From the NCBI GenBank assembly GCA_965214605.1, contig OZ243961.1:3072001-3136000 (forward strand): DNA of 64,000 nt. The letters are read 5' to 3'. This document shows positions 41,425-51,556 of the stretch, in pieces. Numbering within the stretch: position 1 is the first letter of the stretch; the number at the start of each line of letters is the position of its first letter. The stretch is from an uncultured Candidatus Binatia bacterium. GTDB taxonomy: Bacteria > Desulfobacterota > Binatia > Bin18. The position numbers and the translations under genes were made by a program. The notes beneath the pieces are model-generated. The model was given only the letters and a program-made list of their open reading frames with translations, made no database searches and had not been told where the DNA came from.

Positions 41425-42732
41425 TTAAGAGAGAGAGCCTATCCCGCTGGATTTATCATCATAACCGGCCTCTTGTGCATGAGTCTCGTCAGTCTCATGG
41501 TCGGTCTCGGAGGTTGCTCTGAGCCCGGTTTCTTTCAAGCCCAGAAACAGAATGCCCGACAGCGCATAGCAGCCGCCCCAAAAGACAAAGCCGGCCAGGG
41601 GGGTGCGCTCGACTAGGCTCATACCGATAATCGGTGAGAGCATTCCACCGAGATAGCCCGCGGTCAGCGCCACGCCAACCGCCGAGCCGGCTAAAATCGG
41701 ACCGACCCTCTCCATCTCTAGAGGAACGACAAAGGCAATCGGAGCCACCCCGCCAAGAAGTCCCCACATAATGGCCACAATCCACAGGGATACGCCGGTG
41801 GCATAGGCGGCCAGAACCATACAGATGCCAGTGAGGAGCATGCCGGGGATATAGAAGATTTTCCTGAGGCCAACGCGGTCGGACAGGGCGGGGAGGACAA
41901 GGCTGCCCACCACAAAGGCCCACATCAACAGGGACAGCACGAAACCCGAAGCGGTTGGGGTCATATCCTGCTCCTCAACAAAATAGGTCGGTGCATAGCC
42001 AATAATGCCAATATAGCCGCCCAGAAAAAACATATAGCAGATAGCGAGCAGCCATACGTCCCGGATCCGCAAAACCTGCTGGATTGCCGCAAGGGCTCCC
42101 GGCCCCGATTGCTCTGCGTCGGTCGTGTCTGGCCCGTCAGCCGGAGGCTCGTCCGGCGTGCGGTCTTTGACCGTCATGAACCACAGCACGCCTAGAGTAA
42201 TTGACACAAAGCCGAGCACATAGGTCAGGTTGCGCCAGCCGCCGAGCGCTCCGATCACCAGCGGAGTCAGAACGGTGGCGAGAGCTCCGCCCATGCCGTA
42301 GCCGGCCTGGGTCACTCCGTTGGCGAGACCGAGCTCTTGGGGTGGGAACCACATGCCGAGGGCTTTGGGGACGTTCGGGAAGGTCAGAGCCAGGGCAACC
42401 CCAAACAGAAACATCCAGACGTACATGGAGGGAAAACCGGACGCAGTGGCGCGCAAGAGCAGGGTGGTGCCCATCAGGACCACCCCCAATCCGACAGTGC
42501 GCTGAATGCCAAAGCGGTCGCCTAGGGCCCCACCCAAAATGGCTGCCAGGGTGGTGCCGAACGCAACCGCTGACCACAACGAACCCCAGTCTGCCAGGCT
42601 GATGTTAAGGTCGGCCCGAACCTGAGGGACAACCATGACGATGTAGGTCCAGCCCATGCCAAACGTAAAGGTGAAGACGAGAACGCTCGTGGCCAACACC
42701 CACCAGCGGTACACGGGCTTTTCCTCTACCAT
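41425..42732 (-). CDS. MFS transporter
   Basis: Motif A GALGDRFG and LSDRVGLRK; many hydrophobic helices; ATG at 42732 after AAGGAGG. Confidence 0.9.
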   Translation of the reverse strand: MVEEKPVYRWWVLATSVLVFTFTFGMGWTYIVMVVPQVRADLNISLADWGSLWSAVAFGTTLAAILGGALGDRFGIQRTVGLGVVLMGTTLLLRATASGFPSMYVWMFLFGVALALTFPNVPKALGMWFPPQELGLANGVTQAGYGMGGALATVLTPLVIGALGGWRNLTYVLGFVSITLGVLWFMTVKDRTPDEPPADGPDTTDAEQSGPGALAAIQQVLRIRDVWLLAICYMFFLGGYIGIIGYAPTYFVEEQDMTPTASGFVLSLLMWAFVVGSLVLPALSDRVGLRKIFYIPGMLLTGICMVLAAYATGVSLWIVAIMWGLLGGVAPIAFVVPLEMERVGPILAGSAVGVALTAGYLGGMLSPIIGMSLVERTPLAGFVFWGGCYALSGILFLGLKETGLRATSETDHETDETHAQEAGYDDKSSGIGSLS

Positions 42733-42792
42733 ATGTCCTCCTTGATTTTGGTCTCCCCTCCTCCTATACTGCTCAGAGATTGGAAACAAGCG

Positions 42793-43488
42793 ATGACAGA
42801 CAACCATCAGCACCTCACCGTCTGGGGTGGAGGGACGACCCGCACGATGCGGGTCCATTGGGTTCTACACGAACTCGGCATCACAAACTATGAAAGACGT
42901 CTGATTGGCTCCCGCACGGGAGAAACGCAGACCCCAGAGTACCTAGCCCTAAACCCGCGGGGGAAAATTCCGGTCTTGTGTGATCGAGATCTGGTCCTGG
43001 CCGAGAGCGCGGCCATTATCAGTTACGTGGTTGATGCCTACGGTCGGGATACGGACTTGGTGCCAGCGCCACGTTCACGCCTGCGGGCGGTGTACGATCA
43101 GTGGTGTTTTTTTATGATGACCGAGCTTGATGCCCACACCCTGTACGTGATACGGCGCCACCGAGACCTTGCTAAAGTGTATGGCGACGCGCCAAATGCG
43201 GTCAAAGCGGCAGAAGAAGGTTTTGCCCGACAAGTGTCCGTGATTAGTCAGGAGTTGCGGACCGGTGGGCCGTATCTGTTGGGCAAGACGTTCAGCTGTG
43301 CCGACATTATTCTCACCTCCTGTTTGACCTGGGCGGATTTCTATAAACAGCCCTTGGATAAGACGCTCTTAGACTATACGGCACGGCAGACCGCACGTCT
43401 GGCCTATCAAAGCGCGGCCGCTCTCAACTACCCGGCCGCGATGCGGGGCACGCCGTTCTACCCGGCTCAGGACGGTGAAGAGCGATGA
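42793..43488 (+). CDS. Glutathione S-transferase family protein
   Basis: YLALNPRGKIPVL, LAESAAI, YLLGKTFSCADI. Confidence 0.92.
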   Translation: MTDNHQHLTVWGGGTTRTMRVHWVLHELGITNYERRLIGSRTGETQTPEYLALNPRGKIPVLCDRDLVLAESAAIISYVVDAYGRDTDLVPAPRSRLRAVYDQWCFFMMTELDAHTLYVIRRHRDLAKVYGDAPNAVKAAEEGFARQVSVISQELRTGGPYLLGKTFSCADIILTSCLTWADFYKQPLDKTLLDYTARQTARLAYQSAAALNYPAAMRGTPFYPAQDGEER

Positions 43489-43564
43489 GGGAGGGGGTGG
43501 CTGAAGCGGGTGAGTGTGGTTATCCCTCCGAGGCCGACCGCGTCGAAGCCGGCCTCGGGTCGGA

Positions 43565-44677
43565 TTAGGCGTCTAGCCCATAGAGGTTGGCCGCGTTGCC
43601 GGCCACCATTTGATACACCTCGGCTTGCGGAACACCAAGAAAATCTTGTGCGACCTGCTCCTGGGAATACGGAAACGTCCCCTCGGTGTGGGGATAGTCC
43701 GAGCCCCACAGCAAGCGATCAACTCCAACAAGCTCGCGGGTCAGAATGCCGGCCCGGTCGTCTTCAAAAGTGGCCCAGAACTGGCGTTTGAAATAGGTGC
43801 TCGGGAGTTCGTCTGTCTGGGGCTCCATCCAATGCTGGTGATCTGACCAATAGTGATCCATGGTTCGCAGCACGGACGCCAGCCACCCAATACCACCTTC
43901 GGCCAAGACAAAACGGAGCGTGGGAAAACGCTTGGCCACCGCTCCCCAGATCAGGCCCGCCATAGCCCGTTCCATCGAACAGATCTTGCTATCAACAAAG
44001 GCAACGCCGAGCCCGAGGCGCTCAGCCTTGGTGTAGAAGGCTTCATCGGTGCCGACGTGCAGGGAAACGGGCAACCCCAGCTCTTGGAGGGCCGCCCACA
44101 GCGGATCGTAGCCTGAGTCGCGATACGATCCTCCCGCTATTTCGGACGGGATTGACACTGAGCGCAGTCCCTTTTTGGCGACCCGTTGAGCCTCGTCAAT
44201 CGCCCACGCAATCGGCCCCTTCATCGGCAGCAGGCCAACCCCTAAGAGACGGTCCGGGGCGGCTGTGCAGAACTCGCTGAGCCAGTCGTTATACACCCGG
44301 AAACATTCGCGCTGATAGTCAGGGTCGGGCGCCACGCTCAAAAACAGGCCTGCTCCGGGGTAAATGACCTCAGCCCGCACATGATCCCTATCCTGGTCCA
44401 CCAAACGCGCCTGGGGATCATTGGCCCCCGGGCGGGTCTCGGCGTGACGGCCGATGAACTTGGTGACCTTCCCTGCGAGCTTTTCTTCCATGGTCACCCC
44501 TTCGAGTCCGACCGGCAGCGGCTCTAGACCGTCAATGATATAATAATCGCCCTCTGGGCGGGATTCGACGTGCGGAGCCCGGTCGCGAAACCGCTTGTCC
44601 ATACGCGTGGTCCACAGATCGGCCGGTTCAACTACATGACCGTCAGCCGAGACATATCCGTCCGCGATAGTTGTCAT
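43565..44677 (-). CDS. Amidohydrolase family protein (Amidohydro_2), paralog 1
   Basis: VSADGHVVEP, YNDWLSEFC, SLHVG, EGGIGW, LLWGSDYPHTEGTFP. Confidence 0.92.
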   Translation of the reverse strand: MTTIADGYVSADGHVVEPADLWTTRMDKRFRDRAPHVESRPEGDYYIIDGLEPLPVGLEGVTMEEKLAGKVTKFIGRHAETRPGANDPQARLVDQDRDHVRAEVIYPGAGLFLSVAPDPDYQRECFRVYNDWLSEFCTAAPDRLLGVGLLPMKGPIAWAIDEAQRVAKKGLRSVSIPSEIAGGSYRDSGYDPLWAALQELGLPVSLHVGTDEAFYTKAERLGLGVAFVDSKICSMERAMAGLIWGAVAKRFPTLRFVLAEGGIGWLASVLRTMDHYWSDHQHWMEPQTDELPSTYFKRQFWATFEDDRAGILTRELVGVDRLLWGSDYPHTEGTFPYSQEQVAQDFLGVPQAEVYQMVAGNAANLYGLDA

Positions 44678-44690
44678 TTTTCTCTCCTCA

Positions 44691-45812
44691 CTACAGCTTA
44701 AGTCCGTACAGCCCGGCGGCATTGCCAACGACCATCCGGTAGACCTCGCCCTCAGGCACTCCGACAAAGTCCTGCATGATTTGCGCTTGAGAGTGGGGAA
44801 ACGTTCCCTCGGTGTGGGGATAGTCCGAGCCCCACATGAGGCGGTCCACGCCGAGCAACTCGCGGGTCAGAATACCGGCCCGGTCGTCTTCAAAAGTCGC
44901 CCAGAACTGGTGCCGAAAATAGTGGCTCGGCAGCTCCTCAAGTTTGGGTTCCATCCAGCGATAATGATCCTTCCACCAGTGGTCCATCAGGCCGAGCAAC
45001 GAGGCGATCCAGCCGATGCCGCCCTCAACGATGACAAATCTCAGCCGCGGATAGCGCTGCGGGACCGCTCCCCAGATCAGGCCGGCCAAGGCGTTCATGG
45101 GAAGGCTGATCTTGGTGTTGACAATTCCCATGCCCATCCCAATCCGCTCAAACTTGGTGGTAAACGGCTCGCCGGTTGTGGTGCCGGAGTGAATGGACAC
45201 GGGCAGGCCGAGGTCTTGCAGGGTCTCCCACAGTGGGGTGAACTGCGGATCGGCATAGGATTGATTGGCGACCTCGGCCGGGATGGAAAGCGAACACAGC
45301 CCCTTTTGTGCTGCCCGCCGCGCCTCCTCGCACGCCCACGCAATCGGTCCTCTGAGCGGCAACAGGCCCGCCCCCAACAAGCGCTCCGGGGCCGCGGCGC
45401 AGAACTCGCTCAGCCAGTCGTTATAGACCCGAAAGCATTCGCGCTGGTAGGCGGCATCGGTAATTGTCCAAAACTGGAGGCCAAACGCGCCGGGATACAA
45501 GACCTCGGCCCGAAGGTGGTCGAGCTGTTGGTCGGCGAGGCGCGCCTGCGGGTCCCAGGCGCCGGGGCGGGTCTCACTGTGACGATGGCCGATAACCGTC
45601 GTGATCTCCCCGGCAATCTTATCTTCCATGGTCACCCCTTCGAGCCCAACAGCAAAGGGGGCTAAGCCGTCGATTACATAGTAGTCCGCCTCCGGGCGTG
45701 ACTCAATGCGCGGAGCGCGATCACGGAAGCGGGTATCCATGCGGGTGGTCCACAGATTGGCCGGTTCGACCACATGCCCATCGGCAGACACATATCCATC
45801 GGTAACTAGCAT
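44691..45812 (-). CDS. Amidohydrolase family protein (Amidohydro_2), paralog 2
   Basis: Same motif set (SADGH, SIHSG, WGSDYPHTEG); ATG after AAGGA. Confidence 0.92.
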   Translation of the reverse strand: MLVTDGYVSADGHVVEPANLWTTRMDTRFRDRAPRIESRPEADYYVIDGLAPFAVGLEGVTMEDKIAGEITTVIGHRHSETRPGAWDPQARLADQQLDHLRAEVLYPGAFGLQFWTITDAAYQRECFRVYNDWLSEFCAAAPERLLGAGLLPLRGPIAWACEEARRAAQKGLCSLSIPAEVANQSYADPQFTPLWETLQDLGLPVSIHSGTTTGEPFTTKFERIGMGMGIVNTKISLPMNALAGLIWGAVPQRYPRLRFVIVEGGIGWIASLLGLMDHWWKDHYRWMEPKLEELPSHYFRHQFWATFEDDRAGILTRELLGVDRLMWGSDYPHTEGTFPHSQAQIMQDFVGVPEGEVYRMVVGNAAGLYGLKL

Positions 45813-46414
45813 AGGGTTCCTTTCTTGGTGTGCCATGAGTCATAACCAACTTCATCGGGAGGTGTCAAACTCCTGCCCACAATCTTGGGCCGGATCTCAG
45901 CGGGGCCACGAGATTTGTATGCGCGCGGACAACACGCTGAAAAGCCGGACCGGACGGGAGTGGAGAGAGCAGGGGGCCCGTCGGAGGGAAGGGGGAAACA
46001 GACCTGCTCTAGGCGTCACGGCCCTGAGATTTGAATCTCCGGCGCCCGACTCTTGGCTGGGCCGACGGCGCCCCGCATATGGCTATCGTCTGCTTCCAAG
46101 GCCCGAGGCCTCCCCGTACGACTCCGCACCCATAATATCGGCAAGGGAGAACGTTTTTTGCGTTGCCGGACCCGTGAGCGGGATTAAAGAGAACCGACAA
46201 GGCGAAGAAGGCCGTGAGGGCGTTTTTCAGGAGCCGTACCTAGAGGGGCTCAGGCTCCCTGAGGGACCAAGGTCCTGGCCCAAAGAAACCGCCGGTCTCC
46301 AACAGGTGCACCAACGTTTTAGGCTCTGGCAGAGGGACAACGGCTGATCAGGTGTTGTCCCCCGGCTTCATTATGTCCCCTGGCGCTGTTGCCTGATGGG
46401 AGGTTGCATCGGCT

Positions 46415-46435
46415 CCCTCTCCCTGGGGGAGAGGG
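46415..46435. repeat. CCCTCTCCC-N3-GGGAGAGGG REP-like hairpin
   Basis: Perfect 9-bp stem 20 bp downstream of the amidohydrolase stop; a CCCTCTCCC half-site also lies between nuoE and nuoH (~29260). Confidence 0.55.
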
Positions 46436-46454
46436 CAGAGACAAAGGGCGTGTT

Positions 46455-47582
46455 TTAGTTGTCAAGGCCGTACAGTTTGGCGGCGTTGCCACGGACCATG
46501 AGATCAACTTCCGCCTCTGGTACGCCCATGAAGTCACGCATGATCTGCTCCTGCGAGTAGGGAAAGGTGCCCTCGGTATGGGGATAGTCCGAACCCCACA
46601 TGAGCCGATCAACCCCAACAAGTTCACGGGTCAAGATACCGGCCCGATCATCCTCAAAGGTGGCCCAGAACTGGCGTTTGAAATAGGTGCTGGGCGCTTC
46701 GTCAAGTTTGGGCTGCATCCACCGATGATGGTCGTTCCACCAGTGATCCATGAAGCCAAGTAGTGAGGCGACCCAACCGATGCCGCCTTCGACAATCACA
46801 AAGCGGAGTTTGGGGTAGCGTTGCGGAACCGCGCCCCAGATAAGATCGGCCATTGCCCGCATGGGTTGAAAGATCTTGTTGTCGGTCACCCCCATGCCCA
46901 TGCCAATGCGGTCAATCTTGGCAAAAATCGACTCTTCCGTGCCGGTTCCGGAGTGGGTTGCCACTGGGAAGCCGATATCCTGGAGGGTTTCCCACATGCG
47001 GTTGTATTCGGGCCGGGCGTAGGATTGCTCGACCTCGGCCGGAATGAGCACTGAGCTGATGCCTGTGAGTTTGGCCACCCGCTCGGCTTCTTCGACGGCC
47101 CAGTCAATCGGCCCCCGCATTGGGAGGAGGGCCGAGCCCAAGAGCCGATCGGGGGCGGCTGCGCAGAACTCGCTGATCCAGTCGTTATAGACTTTGATGG
47201 CGGCACGCTGGTAGTCGGCGTCGTGAATATGGAAAAACTGAAGGCCAAACCCACCCGGATAAATAACTTCCGCGCGCAGATGGTCACGTTCTTGATCGAC
47301 CAAGCGGGGCTGTGGGTCCCAGGCGCCGGGCCGCGTTTCGGCGTGCCGGCGGCCCTTTGGGGTCGTGACCTGGCCCTGAATTTTTTCCTCGATTGTCACC
47401 CCTTCGAGTCCGACCGGAAACTCGCTCACTCCCTCAATAACGTAGTAATCGGCGTCTTCGCGCGACTCCACTCGTGGGGCCCGGTCACGGAACTTGTGGT
47501 CCATGCGGGTGGTCCACAGGTCTGCCGGTTCGACCACATGGCCGTCGGCGGACACATAGCCGTTTGTGAGATTGTCTTGCAT
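46455..47582 (-). CDS. Amidohydrolase family protein (Amidohydro_2), paralog 3
   Basis: Same motif set; ATG after AAAGGAG. Confidence 0.92.
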   Translation of the reverse strand: MQDNLTNGYVSADGHVVEPADLWTTRMDHKFRDRAPRVESREDADYYVIEGVSEFPVGLEGVTIEEKIQGQVTTPKGRRHAETRPGAWDPQPRLVDQERDHLRAEVIYPGGFGLQFFHIHDADYQRAAIKVYNDWISEFCAAAPDRLLGSALLPMRGPIDWAVEEAERVAKLTGISSVLIPAEVEQSYARPEYNRMWETLQDIGFPVATHSGTGTEESIFAKIDRIGMGMGVTDNKIFQPMRAMADLIWGAVPQRYPKLRFVIVEGGIGWVASLLGFMDHWWNDHHRWMQPKLDEAPSTYFKRQFWATFEDDRAGILTRELVGVDRLMWGSDYPHTEGTFPYSQEQIMRDFMGVPEAEVDLMVRGNAAKLYGLDN

Positions 47583-47636
47583 TGCTTCTCCTTTCTCTGA
47601 CATGAGTGCTCCCACCATCTCGCCTGCGACGTGTCT

Positions 47637-47679
47637 AAAAAAACGGGGAATCGGAAAGGAAGTCTCCGATGCCCCGTTT
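47637..47679 (-). terminator. Intrinsic terminator
   Basis: ACGGGG-ATCGGA...TCCGAT-CCCCGT stem with an A7 run (U-tract on the minus strand), downstream of the gene ending at 47719. Confidence 0.7.
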
Positions 47680-47718
47680 GCTTAGGATAGATAGGAGGAA
47701 TGCGTAGCAGAAGCGAGC

Positions 47719-49461
47719 CTAGCGGGCCGCACCGTTACGGAGCAGCGTACCCGGGGTGGCTCCCGTACACTGGCCGTCGTTGAAGGTCAGTTCGCCGTTG
47801 ACCATGATGTGCTTGTACCCCTCAGCCCGTTGCACGCGCCGCCACTCGTTGGCCGGCAGGTCATGTACAATCTCACTTGGCAGCGATTTGACGCTATTGG
47901 GGTCATAGACCACGATGTCGGCTGCCAAGCCTTCCCGCAAGGTCCCCCGATCCTTGAAGCCCGCCGCCCATGAGGTCAGACCGCTCAGTCGGAAGTGTGC
48001 CTCTTCCAAACTCATGATGCCTTGTTCACGCACCAGCCACGACAGCACTTCAGTCGGAAAGATACCGGGGGTGGCGAACTTCACGTGGGCACCACCGTCG
48101 GACACGCCCGGCAGGGTGTACTGCGAGTTCATCAGCTCTTTGTAGCCCTCAATATTACCGTTGGCGATCGGGCCGGCCCACTCGGTCCGCAGGTCGTCGG
48201 CCACCGACAGATCCAGCATCGCGTCAATGACGTGCTTGCCTTCCTTCTCGGCGATCTGCTCGACCGACAGTCCCTCGTACTGCAGCTTGAGGTCAGGGTT
48301 GTGGATTTTACGGGCAATGTACTTGGGGAACTCGCCCAGGACAACATTCAGAGTATCCATGCCGCCGTTGTCGTAGTCCTCGCGCATCTCTTTGCGCAGT
48401 TCAGGCCTGGACAACTTGGCTTTCCGCTCTTCGGTGGTCCCCAGCGTGGCTTCCTTCCAGGCTGGCACGCTGTCAAACAGGTTCCAGTCTTCCAGCGTCA
48501 TCCGAATCGGAGCCCGCACCGTCGCCGCCTGACCGAAGATCCGCACGCCACGCTCGTTGGCCGCCCGGACCCAGTCAAGCTGGGCCTTGTGCGACTCGGG
48601 ATGTTTGTCGCTGATCAGAATCGCGTTGTACAGCAAGGGACGGCCGGCGAGCGAGGTCATCTTTTCCAAGAACCGGAAGTCGGCCTGAATGCCGAAGGTA
48701 TGTTCGGTCGCCCCGGACTGCGTGAACTGAATGCAGCCTTCCCCAACCTCACCCATTGCCTTGGCCATGGAGTGATAGAACTCGTCGGGCAGAATATCGG
48801 TAATCATCGGGGTGCCGTCGTAGTCCCGTTGCACCGACGCCCGGCTCTCGGGGACCAAGCGCTGAGCCGACCACCCGGCCGCTCCGGCTCGCACCGCCTC
48901 TTTATAGTGACCGATGATGGTGTCCATCTCCTCCCTGTTGGGGAAGCGTTTCTTGGCGTCGTCAAAACCGCCCATCACATACGCCACTGCCGGTGAAATC
49001 GGGAACAGATGCGAGACATTGACCCCGAGTGGCATCCGCGAAACCCGGTCCATATATTGCGGGAAGGTTTCCCAGTCGACCTTCATGGAGACCCGCATGG
49101 GTTCCAAAGGGATAGCTTCCGTGCGGGACAGGGCAAGCATCGCCCGGTCGGCATCCTGTTGGTGCAGCGGTGCAAAGCCAAACCCGCAGTTGCCGATGGT
49201 CAGAGAGGTCACTCCGTGCCAGCTAGAGATGCTCAGATACGGATCCCAGTGCAGTTGGGCATCGTAATGGGTGTGGAGGTCAATGAAGCCCGGAGCCACG
49301 ACTAGGTCAGTGGCGTCGAGCACCTTGGTCGCATCGCTGCTGTTGAGCTTGCCGATTTCGGCAATTTTGCCGCTCTTGATCCCAATATCGGCCTGATAAC
49401 GCGGGACCCGTGTTCCGTCAACAACGGTTCCACCTCTCACAATAGTATCGAACTGTGGCAT
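47719..49461 (-). CDS. N-acyl-D-amino-acid deacylase-like amidohydrolase (Amidohydro_3), copy 1
   Basis: APGFIDLHTHYDAQ, IGNCGFG, SDGGAH, RGTLREGLAADIVVYD. Confidence 0.9.
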   Translation of the reverse strand: MPQFDTIVRGGTVVDGTRVPRYQADIGIKSGKIAEIGKLNSSDATKVLDATDLVVAPGFIDLHTHYDAQLHWDPYLSISSWHGVTSLTIGNCGFGFAPLHQQDADRAMLALSRTEAIPLEPMRVSMKVDWETFPQYMDRVSRMPLGVNVSHLFPISPAVAYVMGGFDDAKKRFPNREEMDTIIGHYKEAVRAGAAGWSAQRLVPESRASVQRDYDGTPMITDILPDEFYHSMAKAMGEVGEGCIQFTQSGATEHTFGIQADFRFLEKMTSLAGRPLLYNAILISDKHPESHKAQLDWVRAANERGVRIFGQAATVRAPIRMTLEDWNLFDSVPAWKEATLGTTEERKAKLSRPELRKEMREDYDNGGMDTLNVVLGEFPKYIARKIHNPDLKLQYEGLSVEQIAEKEGKHVIDAMLDLSVADDLRTEWAGPIANGNIEGYKELMNSQYTLPGVSDGGAHVKFATPGIFPTEVLSWLVREQGIMSLEEAHFRLSGLTSWAAGFKDRGTLREGLAADIVVYDPNSVKSLPSEIVHDLPANEWRRVQRAEGYKHIMVNGELTFNDGQCTGATPGTLLRNGAAR

Positions 49462-49549
49462 AACTACCCCCCTTCTTTCGGTGTTTGTGACATGCCTCAG
49501 TTCTGAGGCTTACTCGCCTGAGGGCTGAATGTCAAGCTTTGCAGTCCAC

Positions 49550-49588
49550 AAAAAAAGGGCGGTAGAACATATGTTCCGCCGCCCTTTT
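49550..49588. terminator. Intrinsic (possibly bidirectional) terminator
   Basis: AAAAAAAGGGCGG-TAGAACATATGTTCCG-CCGCCCTTTT hairpin between the duplicated genes. Confidence 0.75.
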
Positions 49589-49628
49589 GGAGAGTGCACG
49601 CTCAGGACTGAGGGTTGAGCGTTGTAGC

Positions 49629-51371
49629 TTAGCGAGCCGAACCGTTGTACAACAGCGCGCCCGAAGTGTTTCCTGTGCACTCGCCATTATGGAATGTCTC
49701 TTGGCCGTTCACGAGGATATGGTGATAGCCATCGGCCCTTTGGACACGCCGCCATTCGTTGGCCGGCAAGTCGTGGACGATCTCACCGTCAAGAGCGTTG
49801 ACCCTATTGATGTCATAGACCACGATATCGGCCGCCATGCCCGGACGCAGCGTACCACGGTCCGCGATGCCAGCCGCCCAGGCCATCATCCCGCTCAGGC
49901 GGAAGTGGGCTTCTTCCAGAGACAGGGTGCCGGTCTCACGAACGAGCCAGGACAGGACTTCGGTCGGGTAGATCGCCGGGGTGATGAACTTCACATGCGC
50001 GCCACCGTCCGACACACCTGGCATGGTGTAGGGCGAGCTCATCAGTTCTTTGTAACCCTCAATGTTCGAGTTGGCGACTGGGCCAGCCCACTCGGTCCGC
50101 AGGTCGTCGGCCACAGAGAGGTCAAGCATGGCGTCGATGACGTGTTTGCCTTCGGCCTCAGCAATCTGCTGCACCGACATGCCTTCGTATTTCAGCTTAA
50201 GGTCGGTGTTCCTGACTTTCCGAGCGATAAACTTGTCGAATTCACCAAAGACCACATTTAAGGTCTCCATGCCGCCATTGTCATAGTCTTGGCGCATTTC
50301 AGCCCGCAGTTCAGGCTTCGACAGTTTGGCTTTCCGCTCTTCAACCGTTCCGATCGTGGCCTCTTTCCAGGCTGGCACGCTGTCAAACAGGTTCCAGTCT
50401 TCGAGCGTCATGCGGACCGGGGCACGGGCGGTAACGCCCTGACCGAACACACGGGCGCCACGTTCGTTGGCGGCGTTGACCCAGTTGAGCTGGGCTTTGT
50501 GCGATTCGGGATGCTTGTCACTGATGAGGATGGCGTTGTAGAGCAGCGGTCGGCCGGCTGCCTTGGTCATTTTTTCGAGGAATTTGAAGTCGTCATCAAC
50601 GCCAAAGGAACTATCGGCAGCCCCGGACTGGGTGAACTGGATGCAGCCCTGACCAACCTCGGCCATCGCTTTGGCCATGTCGAGATAAAACTCGTCGGGC
50701 AAGATGTCGGTAATCATCGGGGTGCCGTCATAGTCGCGCTGCACCGACGCCCGGCCCTCGGGCACTAGGCGCTGGGCCGACCAACCCGCCGCGCCAGCCC
50801 TCACGGCTTCTTTGTAATGGCCGATGATGGTGTCCATTTCTTGTTTGTTGGGGAAGCGCTTCTTGGCGTCGTCAAAACCGCCCATCACATACGCCACGGC
50901 CGGCGCAATCGGAAAGAGGTGGGAGACGTTCACGCCCAGCGGCATGCGGGAGAGACGGTCCATGTATTGCGGGAAGGTTTCCCAGTCGACCTTCATGGAG
51001 ACCCGCATGGGTTCCAGAGGGATAGCTTCCGTGCGGGACAGGGCCAGCATCGCCCGGTCGGCATCTTGCGGACGGAGCGGAGCGAACCCAAAACCGCAGT
51101 TCCCAATAGTGACGGTGGTCACTCCGTGCCAGCTCCCGATCGTGCAGTACGGATCCCAGTGCAGCTGGGCATCGTAGTGGGTGTGAAGATCAATGAAGCC
51201 GGGAGCAACGATCAGCTCATAGGCATCAATGACCTTGGTAGCATCGCTTTCATTGAGTTTGCCAATTTCGGCAATCTTTCCATCTTTGATACCGATATCA
51301 GCCTGATACCGTGGAACTTTTGTCCCATCGACAATTGTTCCGCCCTTTAGAATCGTGTCGAACTGCGGCAT
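49629..51371 (-). CDS. N-acyl-D-amino-acid deacylase-like amidohydrolase (Amidohydro_3), copy 2
   Basis: Same 580-aa length and motifs as copy 1; tandem duplicate. Confidence 0.9.
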   Translation of the reverse strand: MPQFDTILKGGTIVDGTKVPRYQADIGIKDGKIAEIGKLNESDATKVIDAYELIVAPGFIDLHTHYDAQLHWDPYCTIGSWHGVTTVTIGNCGFGFAPLRPQDADRAMLALSRTEAIPLEPMRVSMKVDWETFPQYMDRLSRMPLGVNVSHLFPIAPAVAYVMGGFDDAKKRFPNKQEMDTIIGHYKEAVRAGAAGWSAQRLVPEGRASVQRDYDGTPMITDILPDEFYLDMAKAMAEVGQGCIQFTQSGAADSSFGVDDDFKFLEKMTKAAGRPLLYNAILISDKHPESHKAQLNWVNAANERGARVFGQGVTARAPVRMTLEDWNLFDSVPAWKEATIGTVEERKAKLSKPELRAEMRQDYDNGGMETLNVVFGEFDKFIARKVRNTDLKLKYEGMSVQQIAEAEGKHVIDAMLDLSVADDLRTEWAGPVANSNIEGYKELMSSPYTMPGVSDGGAHVKFITPAIYPTEVLSWLVRETGTLSLEEAHFRLSGMMAWAAGIADRGTLRPGMAADIVVYDINRVNALDGEIVHDLPANEWRRVQRADGYHHILVNGQETFHNGECTGNTSGALLYNGSAR

Positions 51372-51556
51372 AGCTACCCTCCTTGCGCTAAAGATTGTTT
51401 TAAGAGTGTCTTACTTCCGGCATACGCACAGTTGTCTCAGATGTCAAGCCGTTTCACTAAAAAATTTTTCCATAAAAACGTTTAGCTGTCTCCGGCATCT
51501 TCTCCCCGTAGCAAGAGTGCTGTAAGGAAATAGACTGAATGAGTGTTCACTTTATC

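Noticed and set aside
44781-51350. Long plus-strand ORFs opposite the amidohydrolases (44781-45665, 47995-48996, 49587-50261)
   Set aside because: Antisense shadows; their similarity to each other only mirrors the paralogous sense genes.
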